Assembly: GCA_963652545.1 (NCBI GenBank)
Contig: CAVJUB010000003.1
Span: forward strand, 3,429-67,428
Reading direction: 5' to 3'
Source of the DNA: Hallella faecis
GTDB taxonomy: Bacteria; Pseudomonadota; Gammaproteobacteria; Burkholderiales; Burkholderiaceae_F
DNA: 64,000 bases
Positions 9,336-19,475 of the stretch are shown piece after piece (the stretch's first letter is position 1; each line of letters begins with the position of its first letter). Position numbers and translations under genes: made by a program. The notes under the pieces are model-generated. The model saw nothing but the letters and a program-made list of their open reading frames with translations, searched no databases and was not told where the DNA came from.

Positions 9336-11678
9336 CTACACGGCGAGCTTTTTGTCGCCGTCGAGCTTTCGGGCGACGGCGGTCACCATGGGCAGTTGCT
9401 TTAATTGCAGCAGCGTGTGGACGAGATGGACCTTGTCCTTCACCTGAATGACGAGGCTCAGCTCATGTTCTTCCAAGGTGGTGCCCTTCTTTTCATCCGT
9501 CATGGCGACGCCGATGATGGCGGAGCCGGCCTTCGCGAGTTCGGCGGCGACGGCGGGCAGAGCGGAGAGCTTGTCCGTGACGGAGAGTTCGACGGGCACC
9601 GGGAAGCGGCAGTCGGCGGGGCGCTCCTTGCGCCAGACGGCTTCCGACCACCGTTCGGCGTCGTTCACGCGGCCGTGCTTTGTGTGCTCGCAGTCGGCGC
9701 GGTGGATGGAGAGGGCGTGGCCCTTGCGCCGGAAGCCCCAGATGGCGTCGCCCGGCACCGGATGGCAGCAGTTCGCGAGCTGCACTTCCACGCCTTCGGT
9801 GCCTTCGATGAGGCTCCCTGCGGCGGAGGCGTCCGAGGCCTTCTTTTCGGAGAGGTATTCGGCGATCTTGGCCATGATGGCGGCGGCAAACTGCTTGCCG
9901 AGCCCCACGTCCGCTAAAAGTGCCGTCTTGTTTTCGCAGCCCGCGTTCTTGATCACGGCCGCCCAGGCGGCTTCCGGAATGGCTTCAAAGGCGACGCCCG
10001 CCTGGGCGGCGGCCTTCTGCAGAAGCTCGTCCCCCAGCGTCACGCTTTCGGCGTAGTTGCGGTTTCTCAGGTACTGGCGGATTTCCGCGCGGGCGCGGCC
10101 GCTTCGCACGTAGTTGAGCCACTGAGGATCGGGATGCGCTGTGTCCGACGTGAGAATCTCGACCATGTCGCCGTTCTTGAGCTCCGTGGTGAGAGCCTTT
10201 TCTTCGCCGTTGATGCGGCAGCCGCAGGTCTTGTTGCCGATGTCGGTGTGAATCTGATAGGCGAAGTCCACGGCGCAGGCGCCCTGCGGCAGGCTGATGG
10301 TCTTTGACTTCGGCGTGAAGACGTAGATGCGGTCCGGAAAGAGGTCGATCTTGATGTTCTCGATGAATTCCGAGGAGTCAGAGCTCGTGCGCTGGATGTC
10401 AAGAAGGCTCTGAAGCCAGGCGGAGACCAGCTTCTGCAGTTCCGTCGTGTCGAGGCCGTCGTTGTAGAGCCAGTGCGACAAAAGCCCCATCTCGTCGATG
10501 CGGTGCATCTGCTCGGTGCGGATCTGGTACTCGATCGGGGTGCCCGAGGGGCCGATCACCGTGGTGTGCAGGCTCTGGTAGCCGTTTGCTTTCGGAATGG
10601 CGATGAAGTCCTTGAAGCGGCGGTGCACGGGCTTGTAAAGCTCATGGATGGCGCAGAGCGCGAGGTAGCACTCCTCCTTCGTGTGCACGATGACGCGAAA
10701 GCCGTAGATGTCGAGCACGTCGGAAAAGGAGGCGTGCGTCTCCTTCATGCGGTTGTAGATCCCGTAGATCGTGCGGTCGCGCCCCTGCACCTGGCAGATG
10801 ATGCCGTGCTTGGGGAGAATTTCGCGCGTTTCGCGAAGAATGCGCTCCAGAATGGCGCGGCGCTTGCCGCGGGTGGCGAGCACGTTGTGGCTCAGCACTT
10901 CGTAGCGGCGCGGGTACTTGTTGTAGAAGGAGAGCTCCTGCAGCTCGCGGTAGACGTGGTTCAACCCCAGGCGGTGCGCGATCGGCACGTAGATTTCCAG
11001 CGTCTCGGTGGCGATGCGGCGGCGCTTTTCGGGGCGCATGATGCCCAGCGTCCGGAGGTTGTGGATGCGGTCGGCGAGCTTCACGAGGATGACGCGCACG
11101 TCGCGGCTCATCGCAAGAAGCATTTTGCGGAAGCTCTCAGCCTGGGCGATTTCGTTCGAGGAGAACTTCAGCTTGTCCAATTTGCTCACGCCGTCCACGA
11201 TTTCCGTCACTTCGACGCCGAACTGCTCGGCCATCTCGATTTTGGCGACGCCCGTGTCTTCAAGGACGTCGTGCATGAGGCCCGCGCAGACCGTGGTGGC
11301 GTCGAGGTGCCACTCGGCGAGAATCGTCGCGACGGCCAGTGGATGCGTGATGTACGGCTCGCCCGACTTGCGGAACTGCCCCAGGTGCGCGTCGTCGGCG
11401 TAGCGGAACGCGTTCTGGATGCGCTTCACGTCGGTTTCCGAGAGGTACTGGCGGCAGCGGGTGAGAAGCTCCGCGGAGGTGGCGATGATCTTCGGCTTCA
11501 CCATCGGGGTGTAGAGCGGAAGATCGGCGTTTTCGGAAACGATTTCATCGGCCCGCCGGTCGAGGTAGGCATCATCGTAGTCTTCCTCATGGCGCTGGGC
11601 CTGAGTGGGGATGACCGGACGCGGCGCGACCGTGACGTTTCGGAAGGCGGCGTCGGTGAGATTGACGGCGGAGGGCAT
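9336..11678 (-). CDS. spoT: Long RelA/SpoT homolog, SpoT type
   Basis: HD motifs PYITHP and HDVLED; GYQSLHT; TGS DFAYQIHT; ZFD CCHPVPGD; ACT domain; lies downstream of gmk-rpoZ. Start codon uncertain. Confidence 0.93.
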   Translation of the reverse strand: MPSAVNLTDAAFRNVTVAPRPVIPTQAQRHEEDYDDAYLDRRADEIVSENADLPLYTPMVKPKIIATSAELLTRCRQYLSETDVKRIQNAFRYADDAHLGQFRKSGEPYITHPLAVATILAEWHLDATTVCAGLMHDVLEDTGVAKIEMAEQFGVEVTEIVDGVSKLDKLKFSSNEIAQAESFRKMLLAMSRDVRVILVKLADRIHNLRTLGIMRPEKRRRIATETLEIYVPIAHRLGLNHVYRELQELSFYNKYPRRYEVLSHNVLATRGKRRAILERILRETREILPKHGIICQVQGRDRTIYGIYNRMKETHASFSDVLDIYGFRVIVHTKEECYLALCAIHELYKPVHRRFKDFIAIPKANGYQSLHTTVIGPSGTPIEYQIRTEQMHRIDEMGLLSHWLYNDGLDTTELQKLVSAWLQSLLDIQRTSSDSSEFIENIKIDLFPDRIYVFTPKSKTISLPQGACAVDFAYQIHTDIGNKTCGCRINGEEKALTTELKNGDMVEILTSDTAHPDPQWLNYVRSGRARAEIRQYLRNRNYAESVTLGDELLQKAAAQAGVAFEAIPEAAWAAVIKNAGCENKTALLADVGLGKQFAAAIMAKIAEYLSEKKASDASAAGSLIEGTEGVEVQLANCCHPVPGDAIWGFRRKGHALSIHRADCEHTKHGRVNDAERWSEAVWRKERPADCRFPVPVELSVTDKLSALPAVAAELAKAGSAIIGVAMTDEKKGTTLEEHELSLVIQVKDKVHLVHTLLQLKQLPMVTAVARKLDGDKKLAV

Positions 11679-11825
11679 GATGTTTTTTGGTTCCCTGAAA
11701 AAATTCGCCGCGCTGTCCCCGAGGAGGCTGGCAGCGCGGCGTTTGTTCTTTGCTGATTCGGCGTGATCGTAAGGCGTGTCGTCCGCCCCTCGTCACACCA
11801 GGCTCAGCGGCCCAGCGGAAGCGGA

Positions 11826-12026
11826 CTAAACGACGCGTTCAAGCATGTCGCGTCCGACGTGTCCCTGCGAAATTTCACGCAGGGCGACAACGCCCGGCTT
11901 GTCCTTGGCTTCCACGTGCGGGGTGTGGCCCTGGCTGATGAGCCGGGCGCGATACGCCGCGCAGAGAACCAGCTCGAAGCGGTTCGGGATCTTCTTGAGG
12001 CAGTCCTCAACAGTAATGCGTGCCAT
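11826..12026 (-). CDS. rpoZ: RNA polymerase omega subunit
   Basis: [21 protein letters not shown]...ALREI. Confidence 0.96.
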   Translation of the reverse strand: MARITVEDCLKKIPNRFELVLCAAYRARLISQGHTPHVEAKDKPGVVALREISQGHVGRDMLERVV

Positions 12027-12066
12027 GGAAAGTGAGAATCCAGTAGGTTGAAAAAGAGGCGGAATC

Positions 12067-12711
12067 TTATACAGGAACGCCCAGAGCGACAAACTGCTCG
12101 CGATGGCGGACGGCCTGATGGCGGTACGTGAGTCGCGAGGCGGTGACGATGGAGACGAGCTGAGACAACGCCGTGTCAAAGTTGTCGTTGATTATAACGA
12201 ACTCAAACTCGGGAGCATGCGCAATTTCAGCGCCTGCGCCCATGAGGCGGCGGGTGATCGTCGCCTCGCTGTCGGTGCCGCGCTTGTGCAAGCGGGCGCT
12301 CAACGCTTCAATCGAGGGCGGCAGGATGAAGACGCCCACGGTGTCCGCAAACTTCTCTCGGACCTGGCGCGCGCCCTGCCAGTCGATTTCGAGGAGAACG
12401 TCCTTCCCGGCAGCCATCTGCTGCTCGATCCAGATGCGGCTCGTGCCGTAGTAGTTGCCGTGCACGAGGGCGGATTCGAGGAATTCGCCCTTCGCTTTGC
12501 GCTCTTCAAATTCGTTTACGGAAAGGAAGTGATATTCGCGGCCGTTCACTTCGCCCGGACGCGGATCGCGCGTCGTGTGGGAGATGGAGAGAAGCAGGTC
12601 GGGTTCCTTTGCCAGAAGCGCGTTCACAAGCGTGCTTTTGCCGGCCCCGGAGGGAGCCGTCACCATAAAGAGTCGCCCGGAGTGGCGGGCGGGAGCAGAC
12701 TGTTCAGCCAT
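12067..12711 (-). CDS. gmk: Guanylate kinase
   Basis: [27 protein letters not shown]. Confidence 0.96.
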   Translation of the reverse strand: MAEQSAPARHSGRLFMVTAPSGAGKSTLVNALLAKEPDLLLSISHTTRDPRPGEVNGREYHFLSVNEFEERKAKGEFLESALVHGNYYGTSRIWIEQQMAAGKDVLLEIDWQGARQVREKFADTVGVFILPPSIEALSARLHKRGTDSEATITRRLMGAGAEIAHAPEFEFVIINDNFDTALSQLVSIVTASRLTYRHQAVRHREQFVALGVPV

Positions 12712-13006
12712 GTCGGTGCCGAAGGAATGAAAAAAGGTAATCTGTTAATTTTAGTGCAGAAATCGGCAAGGCTTGACCTGCGAGGCGAAAGCGCTCTTCT
12801 TCCGCCTCAAATTTTGGCAAAGAACGATGGCAATTCCTCATTGATGCGGCGAAGGATTTTTGTGGTCGAGGGCGGCGTGACGGCGGTGGAAAAAGTCGCG
12901 CAAGAGGACTCAAAAACGAAGGCCGTGCCGATAAAATGGCGGCCGTCATTTGAGTCCTTTCCCGGCGGGGGAGAGGATGTTTTTTCGCAGCAGGAGAACG
13001 CTTCCT

Positions 13007-15250
13007 ATGCAGTACCACTTTCCGGTTGTCATCATTGACGAGGACTTCCACTCGGAAAATGTGTCGGGCCTCGGCATTCGCGACCTCGCCAAGGCGATCG
13101 AGGCGCAGGGCATTGAAGTGCTCGCCGTCACGGCGTTTTCAGATCTGGCGGGCCTTGCCAAGCAGTCAAGCCGCACGTCGGGCTTTCTCGTGAGCCTGGA
13201 CGACGACGATTTCTCCGAAACGGGGGAGGAGAAGGAGGCGATTCACGACCTGCGCGAATTCGTGCGCGAGGTGCGCCGCTCCAACCCTGACGTGCCGATC
13301 TTTCTCTACGGCGAGACGAAGACCGCCACATCGATTCCCAACGACGTCCTGCGCGAGCTCCACGGCTTCATTCACATGTTCGAGGACACGCCCGAATTCG
13401 TGGCGCGCTACATCGTGCGCGAAGCCCGCGAATATCTTGCGAGCCTGCCGCCGCCCTTTTTCAAGGCGCTGACGCACTACGCCGCCGATTCGTCCTACTC
13501 CTGGCACTGTCCGGGGCATTCGGGCGGCGTCGCCTTCCTGAAGAGCCCCGTGGGGCAGATGTTCCACCAGTTCTTCGGCGAAAACATGCTGCGCGCCGAC
13601 GTCTGCAACGCGGTGGAGGAGCTGGGGCAGCTGCTCGACCATACCGGCCCCGTCGCAAAGTCCGAGCAGAACGCCGCGCGCATCTTCGGCTGCGACAACC
13701 TCTTCTTCGTGACGAACGGCACGTCCACCTCCAACAAGATCGTCTGGAACTACACCGTGGCGCCGGGCGACATCGTGATCGTGGACCGCAACTGCCACAA
13801 GTCGATTCTGCACGCCATCACGCTCACGGGCGCCGTGCCCGTCTTTTTGATGCCCACGCGCAACCACTACGGCATCATCGGACCGATTCCGAAGGCGGAG
13901 TTTGAGTGGGAGGCCATTCAAAAGAAGATCGAGGCCAATCCCCTCATCAAGGACAAGACGAAGAAGCCCCGCATTCTCACCATCACGCAGTCCACCTACG
14001 ACGGCATCGTCTACAACGACGAGGTGATCAAGGAGAAGTTGGACGGCAAGGTGGACATTCTGCATTTTGACGAGGCGTGGCTGCCGCATGCGGCGTTCCA
14101 TCCGTTCTACGAGAATATGCACGCCATCGACCGGAAGAAGCCCCGCACGAAGAAGAGCCTCGTCTTCGCGACGCATTCGACGCACAAGCTTTTGGCGGGC
14201 ATCTCGCAGGCAAGCCAGATCTGCATTCAGGATTCCGAGACGGAGAAGCTCGATCGCGCGGGCTTCAACGAGTCCTTCATGATGCACACGTCCACGTCGC
14301 CCCAGTACGCCATCATCGCGAGCTGCGACGTCGCCGCCGCCATGATGGAGGGGCGCGCCGGGACGGCGCTGGTGGAAGAGTCCATTTTGGAAGCGGTCGA
14401 CTTCCGCCGCGCCATGCGTGAAGTGGGCCAGAACTACAAGGACTGGTGGTTCAGCGTCTGGGGGCCGGATCACCTGCCGCAGTCGGGGATGGGCTCGCAG
14501 GCGGACTGGACCTTGCGGGCGGGCGACAAGTGGCACGGCTTCGGCGACGTGGCCGAGGGCTTCAACATGCTCGACCCCATCAAGGGAACGGTGGTGACGC
14601 CGGGGCTTTCTGTGACGGGCGATTTTGCCGAGCGCGGCATTCCGGCGGCAGTCGTGACGAAGTACCTGTCCGAGCACGGCGTGATCGTTGAAAAGACCGG
14701 GCTCTACTCCTTCTTCATCATGTTCACGATCGGCATCACGAAGGGCCGCTGGAACACGATGGTGACGGAGCTGCAGCAGTTCAAGGACGCCTACGACGAC
14801 AACAGCGAGCTCTGGCGCGTGATGCCGAAATTCATCGCCGCCTTCCCGCAGTACGAGAACATGGGCCTCAAGGACCTGTGCCAGAGCATCCACTCCGTCT
14901 ACCGCCAGTACGACGTGGCGCGCCTCACGACGCAGATGTACGTGTCTGAAATGGTGCCCGCGATGCGTCCGACGGACGCCTACGCGAAGTTCGTGCACGG
15001 CGAAGTGGACCGCGTCGCGATCGACGATTTGGAAAACCGCATTTCAGCCGTGCTGCTGACGCCTTATCCGCCGGGAATTCCGCTTCTCGTGCCGGGCGAG
15101 CGCGTCAATGCGAAAATCATGGACTACCTGCGGTTTGCGCGCGACTTCAATCGGCGCTTCCCGGGCTTTGACAGCGACGTGCACGGTCTTGTGAAGGTGA
15201 AGCAGCCCGACGGCTTGGTGAAGTACATGCTCGACTGCGTGCGCGAGTAG
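13007..15250 (+). CDS. PLP-dependent lysine/arginine/ornithine decarboxylase with wing domain
   Basis: WHCPGHSGG, NGTSTSNK, DRNCHKS, FDEAW, STHK (PLP Lys), PYPPGIP; AGGAG RBS before 13007. Confidence 0.93.
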   Translation: MQYHFPVVIIDEDFHSENVSGLGIRDLAKAIEAQGIEVLAVTAFSDLAGLAKQSSRTSGFLVSLDDDDFSETGEEKEAIHDLREFVREVRRSNPDVPIFLYGETKTATSIPNDVLRELHGFIHMFEDTPEFVARYIVREAREYLASLPPPFFKALTHYAADSSYSWHCPGHSGGVAFLKSPVGQMFHQFFGENMLRADVCNAVEELGQLLDHTGPVAKSEQNAARIFGCDNLFFVTNGTSTSNKIVWNYTVAPGDIVIVDRNCHKSILHAITLTGAVPVFLMPTRNHYGIIGPIPKAEFEWEAIQKKIEANPLIKDKTKKPRILTITQSTYDGIVYNDEVIKEKLDGKVDILHFDEAWLPHAAFHPFYENMHAIDRKKPRTKKSLVFATHSTHKLLAGISQASQICIQDSETEKLDRAGFNESFMMHTSTSPQYAIIASCDVAAAMMEGRAGTALVEESILEAVDFRRAMREVGQNYKDWWFSVWGPDHLPQSGMGSQADWTLRAGDKWHGFGDVAEGFNMLDPIKGTVVTPGLSVTGDFAERGIPAAVVTKYLSEHGVIVEKTGLYSFFIMFTIGITKGRWNTMVTELQQFKDAYDDNSELWRVMPKFIAAFPQYENMGLKDLCQSIHSVYRQYDVARLTTQMYVSEMVPAMRPTDAYAKFVHGEVDRVAIDDLENRISAVLLTPYPPGIPLLVPGERVNAKIMDYLRFARDFNRRFPGFDSDVHGLVKVKQPDGLVKYMLDCVRE

Positions 15251-15284
15251 ACGACGAATTCAAAACAGAGAAGAGAGCAGAAAA

Positions 15285-16190
15285 ATGGCTTTGGAAATGG
15301 TTCTGTTCGCCCCGGTTCCGGTGGTGACGGTGAGTGTGAAGAAGGCGCCCAAGTTTCTCGCGCGGCTTTTTGCGAGCGACGTCGCCAAGCTTGCTTCGGG
15401 GAGCGTGGAGCGCACGGTGATGCTGAACGCTTCGGGCGGCATCATCGGCCCCGCTTATGTCGTGCGCACCGATGTGAACGACTACGAGATCGTTCTGGCG
15501 GGCGAAGGCGCTGACGTGCGCCAGGCCTGGATTCATCAGGTGAGCGCCGCCTTTGATGCGGAGCTTGTCGTGACCGAGCAGGCGGGCTTTTACTTTGCGG
15601 GCGAGATGCCCGTGAAGGAATTGGCGGCGGAACCCATGAAGGTCGCCTCGGCGCAGGGCATTTCGGTTTTGAACCTGCGCTGGATTTCGCTTGTGATGGG
15701 GCCCGAAGCGAACATCACCGCGCTCTTTGACAACCTCGTCAAGAACGGCGCCAAAAAGGGCGAGCAGTCGGGCTATGACGCGCTGCGCATCCTCGCGCGC
15801 GAGCCCGCGCAGGGACTCGAATACGACGAATCGACGGGGCCCTTGGAAGCGGGCTTTGAAGACGTGCCGGACTTTTCCGATCCCGAGCGCATCTTCATCG
15901 GCCGGGCGCTCACGGAAGCGCGCTTCAAGGAAGGCAATTCGCCGCGCCTCAATCTCGTGGCGTTTGAAGCGGCGTTTGATCCTGAGCTTTTGATTGAAGT
16001 CCCGGCCGTGGTGGTGAACGACATGGCCTGCCAGCTGACGAGCATCGCCCGCATTCCGGAGATGCCGCTCACGGCGGGGCTCGTAAGCCTTCCCGCCACG
16101 GTGGAAATTGGCGAAAACGTGCCCTGCGACGTGAAGACGGAGCCGCGCTCCTACTGCAAGAAGGCGCTCGTCGTCGACGCCCAGATCTGA
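15285..16190 (+). CDS. Divergent GcvT (aminomethyltransferase)-fold protein
   Basis: LFASDVAKL...MLNASGGII and PLEAG...FIGRAL resemble GcvT; catalytic motifs absent. Confidence 0.7.
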   Translation: MALEMVLFAPVPVVTVSVKKAPKFLARLFASDVAKLASGSVERTVMLNASGGIIGPAYVVRTDVNDYEIVLAGEGADVRQAWIHQVSAAFDAELVVTEQAGFYFAGEMPVKELAAEPMKVASAQGISVLNLRWISLVMGPEANITALFDNLVKNGAKKGEQSGYDALRILAREPAQGLEYDESTGPLEAGFEDVPDFSDPERIFIGRALTEARFKEGNSPRLNLVAFEAAFDPELLIEVPAVVVNDMACQLTSIARIPEMPLTAGLVSLPATVEIGENVPCDVKTEPRSYCKKALVVDAQI

Positions 16191-16264
16191 TTTTCTCTGC
16201 AACGATCCCTGAAGGCGGTCAGGCTTTTTTCGGCCGGCCGCCTTTTTTCTAAAAAGAGGCGCAC

Positions 16265-17665
16265 ATGCCCATCAGTGTTTTTGAAATGTTCCGCGTCGGC
16301 ATCGGGCCGAGCTCCAGCCATACCGTGGGCCCCATGCGGGCGGCGGCGCTTTTTTTGAGAGAGCTGCAGTCGTCGGGCGCCGCGGAGAAGACGGCGCGTC
16401 TGACGGTTGATTTGATGGGAAGCCTCGGCGCGACCGGCAAGGGGCACGCCACCGACAGCGCCGTGGTGCTCGGCTTGATGGGGCTGTCGCCCGAAACCGT
16501 GGACACGGCGGCGGTGCCTGATTGGATGGCGGCCGTGCAGAAGGAGAAGACGCTCGTTTTAGGGGGCGGCGTTCGCGTGCCGTTTGACTGGGCGCGCGAC
16601 ATCACGTTCAGCCCCGACAAGGTGGCGGCTTTTCATACGAACGCCATGCAGCTCGCGGCTTTTGACGCGGAGGGCGCCAAGCTTTTGGAGCGCCGCTACT
16701 ACTCCGTGGGCGGCGGCTTCGTTGTAGCGGCCGATCACGAGGATTTCGAAAAGCCCGCGCAGAGCGCGCAGGCCGCGGTGGACAAGCGCTCTGTGACGGC
16801 GGTGCCGTTCAACTACGCCAACGCTTCCGAACTCGTCGCCATGGCGCACGCCACCGGAAAGACCATTGCCGAAATCGTGCGCGACAACGAGCGCGTGCGG
16901 CGCACGGACGAAGAGATTGACGCGGCGCTCGATCACGTCTGGGACGTGATGCGCGAAGCGATTGAGCGAGGACTCGCGACGGAAGGCGTGCTCCCTGGGC
17001 CCTTGCGCGTGAAGCGCCGGGCGCCGGTGCTGGTGAAGCGCTTGAAGACGAATCCCGCGGGTTACGGGCCGCTCGCGGCGCTCGATTGGGTGAACGCCTG
17101 GGGTTTTGCGACAGGGGAAGAGAACGCCGCCGGCGGCCGCATCGTGACCTGCCCCACGAATGGGGCGGCGGGCGTGGTGCCCGCGGTGTTGCAGTACTAC
17201 CTCAAGTACTCCGCGAATGCCGGTCCCGAAGGCATCCGCAACTTCCTTCTCACCGCCGGCGCCATCGGCATGCTCTACAAGGAAAATGCGTCGATTTCGG
17301 GCGCCGAGGTGGGGTGCCAGGGCGAAGTGGGGGTGGCGACTTCCATGGCGGCCGCCGGGCTCGCCGCCGCGCTGGGCGCCACAGTGAATCAGGTGGAGAA
17401 TGCGGCGGAGATCGGCATGGAGCATCAGCTGGGGCTCACCTGCGATCCGGTGGCGGGGCAGGTGCAGATTCCCTGCATCGAGCGCAACGCCGTGGGCGCC
17501 GTGAAGGCCATCAATGCGGTGCACATTGCGCTCGCAGGCGACGGCCGCCATGTGGTGAGTCTGGACAAGGTGATGCGTACGATGTTTGAGACGGGGCGCG
17601 ACATGCAGGCGAAGTACAAGGAGACGAGCCGCGGCGGGCTGGCGGTGTGCATTGTGGAGTGCTGA
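16265..17665 (+). CDS. sdaA: Fe-S L-serine dehydratase
   Basis: [37 protein letters not shown]. Confidence 0.96.
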   Translation: MPISVFEMFRVGIGPSSSHTVGPMRAAALFLRELQSSGAAEKTARLTVDLMGSLGATGKGHATDSAVVLGLMGLSPETVDTAAVPDWMAAVQKEKTLVLGGGVRVPFDWARDITFSPDKVAAFHTNAMQLAAFDAEGAKLLERRYYSVGGGFVVAADHEDFEKPAQSAQAAVDKRSVTAVPFNYANASELVAMAHATGKTIAEIVRDNERVRRTDEEIDAALDHVWDVMREAIERGLATEGVLPGPLRVKRRAPVLVKRLKTNPAGYGPLAALDWVNAWGFATGEENAAGGRIVTCPTNGAAGVVPAVLQYYLKYSANAGPEGIRNFLLTAGAIGMLYKENASISGAEVGCQGEVGVATSMAAAGLAAALGATVNQVENAAEIGMEHQLGLTCDPVAGQVQIPCIERNAVGAVKAINAVHIALAGDGRHVVSLDKVMRTMFETGRDMQAKYKETSRGGLAVCIVEC

Positions 17666-17682
17666 GGCTGGAAGGGCGAGCC

Positions 17683-18870
17683 ATGACGAGATCCATTCCG
17701 ATTGGCGAGCAGGAGTTCGAATGTTTGCGTTCGAACAACGGCTTCTACGTCGACAAGACGGCCTTCATCGGCGAGTGGTGGCGGGCGCGGAGCCGAGTGA
17801 CGGTGATCACGCGGCCGCGGCGCTTTGGAAAGACGCTCATGCTCGACACGGTGGCGTGCTTCTTTTCCAATGCTCGACGTGATCAGGCGTCGCTCTTTGG
17901 CGACCTCGCGGTTTGGCGGGATGAGGCGATGAGGTCGCTGGCCGGCACTCGGCCGGTCATTGCGCTGACCTTTTCCGGCGTAGCGGGAAAGTCCGCTCAA
18001 GAGATGCGGGGTTTGATCGCGTGGTTGATCAACGACGTGTTTTCGCAGTTCCGCTGGCTGCAGGACAGTCCGGCGCTGGATGCTGCGGAGCGCAAGGCGA
18101 TTGCGGAGTTTTCGCCCAAGGCGGATGTCGCTTCGGTGCAGGCCGGCTTGAGAACGCTTTCGCAGGCGCTGCATAAGCATTTCGGCGTGAAGCCGATCAT
18201 TCTGCTGGACGAATTTGACACGCCGTTGCTGGCCGCGGTGCGCGCTGGGTGCGAAGCGGAGATGGCGTCGTTCCTGCGAGTGCTCCTGAACCTCACCTTC
18301 AAGGCAAACCCAAGCTTGGAGCGGGGTCTGCTGATGGGCGTTGTTCCCGTGAGCGCCGACGGCATCCTGACGGATATCGGGGCGGAGGTGGTGACGACGA
18401 TCACGGACAAGTACCAGACGGCCTTCGGCTTCACGGAAGCGGAAGTGTTTGCGGCGATGGAGGAGTTCGGACTCACGGACAAGGTGGGAGTGAGGCAGTG
18501 GTACGACGGATACTGCTTTGGTTCCGTCAAAGGCGTCTACAACCCGTGGGCGATTACGAGCTACTTGAATCGAAGAGAACTGGGACCCTACTGGATGCAG
18601 ACGGGGTCTCTTGTACCGGTCGTCAGGCTGATAGAGGGCGGAAGCAGGGAGACCAAACAGAAGTGGGCGGACTTGATCTCAGGGAAGAGCATTGAGGTGT
18701 CGGTGAAGGAGACAGACGTCTGTTGCGATCAGCGCAATGCCATTTGGTCCTTGCTCTTGGCGGGCGGGTATCTGCGGGTTGTGTCGAAGCGCTCGAATGG
18801 GGGCTTCGAACTTGGTTTGGCAAATGGCGAGGTGAGACGGTCAATTCGTGATGGAGTTAGCTTGCCGTGA
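17683..18870 (+). CDS. AAA-ATPase-like protein, apparently lacking the usual C-terminal nuclease domain
   Basis: YVDKT, RPRRFGKT, LLDEFDTP, YNPW; ends shortly after NGEVR. Confidence 0.8.
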   Translation: MTRSIPIGEQEFECLRSNNGFYVDKTAFIGEWWRARSRVTVITRPRRFGKTLMLDTVACFFSNARRDQASLFGDLAVWRDEAMRSLAGTRPVIALTFSGVAGKSAQEMRGLIAWLINDVFSQFRWLQDSPALDAAERKAIAEFSPKADVASVQAGLRTLSQALHKHFGVKPIILLDEFDTPLLAAVRAGCEAEMASFLRVLLNLTFKANPSLERGLLMGVVPVSADGILTDIGAEVVTTITDKYQTAFGFTEAEVFAAMEEFGLTDKVGVRQWYDGYCFGSVKGVYNPWAITSYLNRRELGPYWMQTGSLVPVVRLIEGGSRETKQKWADLISGKSIEVSVKETDVCCDQRNAIWSLLLAGGYLRVVSKRSNGGFELGLANGEVRRSIRDGVSLP

Positions 18871-18967
18871 ATTTCGTTGGGTGCTAATCTGACGAAGAAG
18901 TCTTGCCTCGGTAGGACATTTTGTCTGAATAGGCAGGAAAAATCACTTAACAAGTCTAGGGTATCCT

Positions 18968-19333
18968 ATGAAGTTAGTTCCCATCTTTGTGGCAGGCGCA
19001 CTGATTGCGACCATGGCGGGGTGTGCCAGTCATGTGGACCGAGAAGGTCGAATTCATCTCATTACGGAAGAAGAGGCCAAGAGTGCGCAGTGCGAGCATT
19101 TGGACTACGCTGGGTCTGCTTCGGCGATTTTGATTAACGGCAAGAAGCGGAACACGGCGGTCATCGTCAAGAAGGCGCTGACGGTAAAAGGAGCTACCCA
19201 CATTTCCTATACGAAGGGCGAGGCGGGCTACGCGTTCACTAAAGCGAATATTTGGAAGTGCCCTGATCCGAACATGACGAGCTCGGATCCTGAAACGAGG
19301 CGTCTGGCGCGGTCCTACATTGGGCATGAGTAG
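18968..19333 (+). CDS. Hypothetical lipoprotein
   Basis: Signal peptide with lipobox MAGC; two further Cys; followed by a terminator. Confidence 0.7.
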   Translation: MKLVPIFVAGALIATMAGCASHVDREGRIHLITEEEAKSAQCEHLDYAGSASAILINGKKRNTAVIVKKALTVKGATHISYTKGEAGYAFTKANIWKCPDPNMTSSDPETRRLARSYIGHE

Positions 19334-19351
19334 GAACTTGCTTTGATTCAA

Positions 19352-19388
19352 AAAGAAACGAGCACTGGAAACAGTGCTCGCTTCGTTT
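19352..19388 (+). terminator. Terminator hairpin
   Basis: CGAGCACTG-gaaa-CAGTGCTCG. Confidence 0.6.
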
Positions 19389-19475
19389 GGGGGCTGTTAA
19401 CAACGGCTCCTGAGTTCTTTGAATTTATTCGCACTTGAGGGACATACGAAAATTCCCGAGTGAGACGAAAGACTG

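Noticed and set aside
16191..16264. Glycine riboswitch before sdaA
   Set aside because: Too short, with only fragmentary CTGAAGG/TCAGG; better explained as a terminator-like hairpin.
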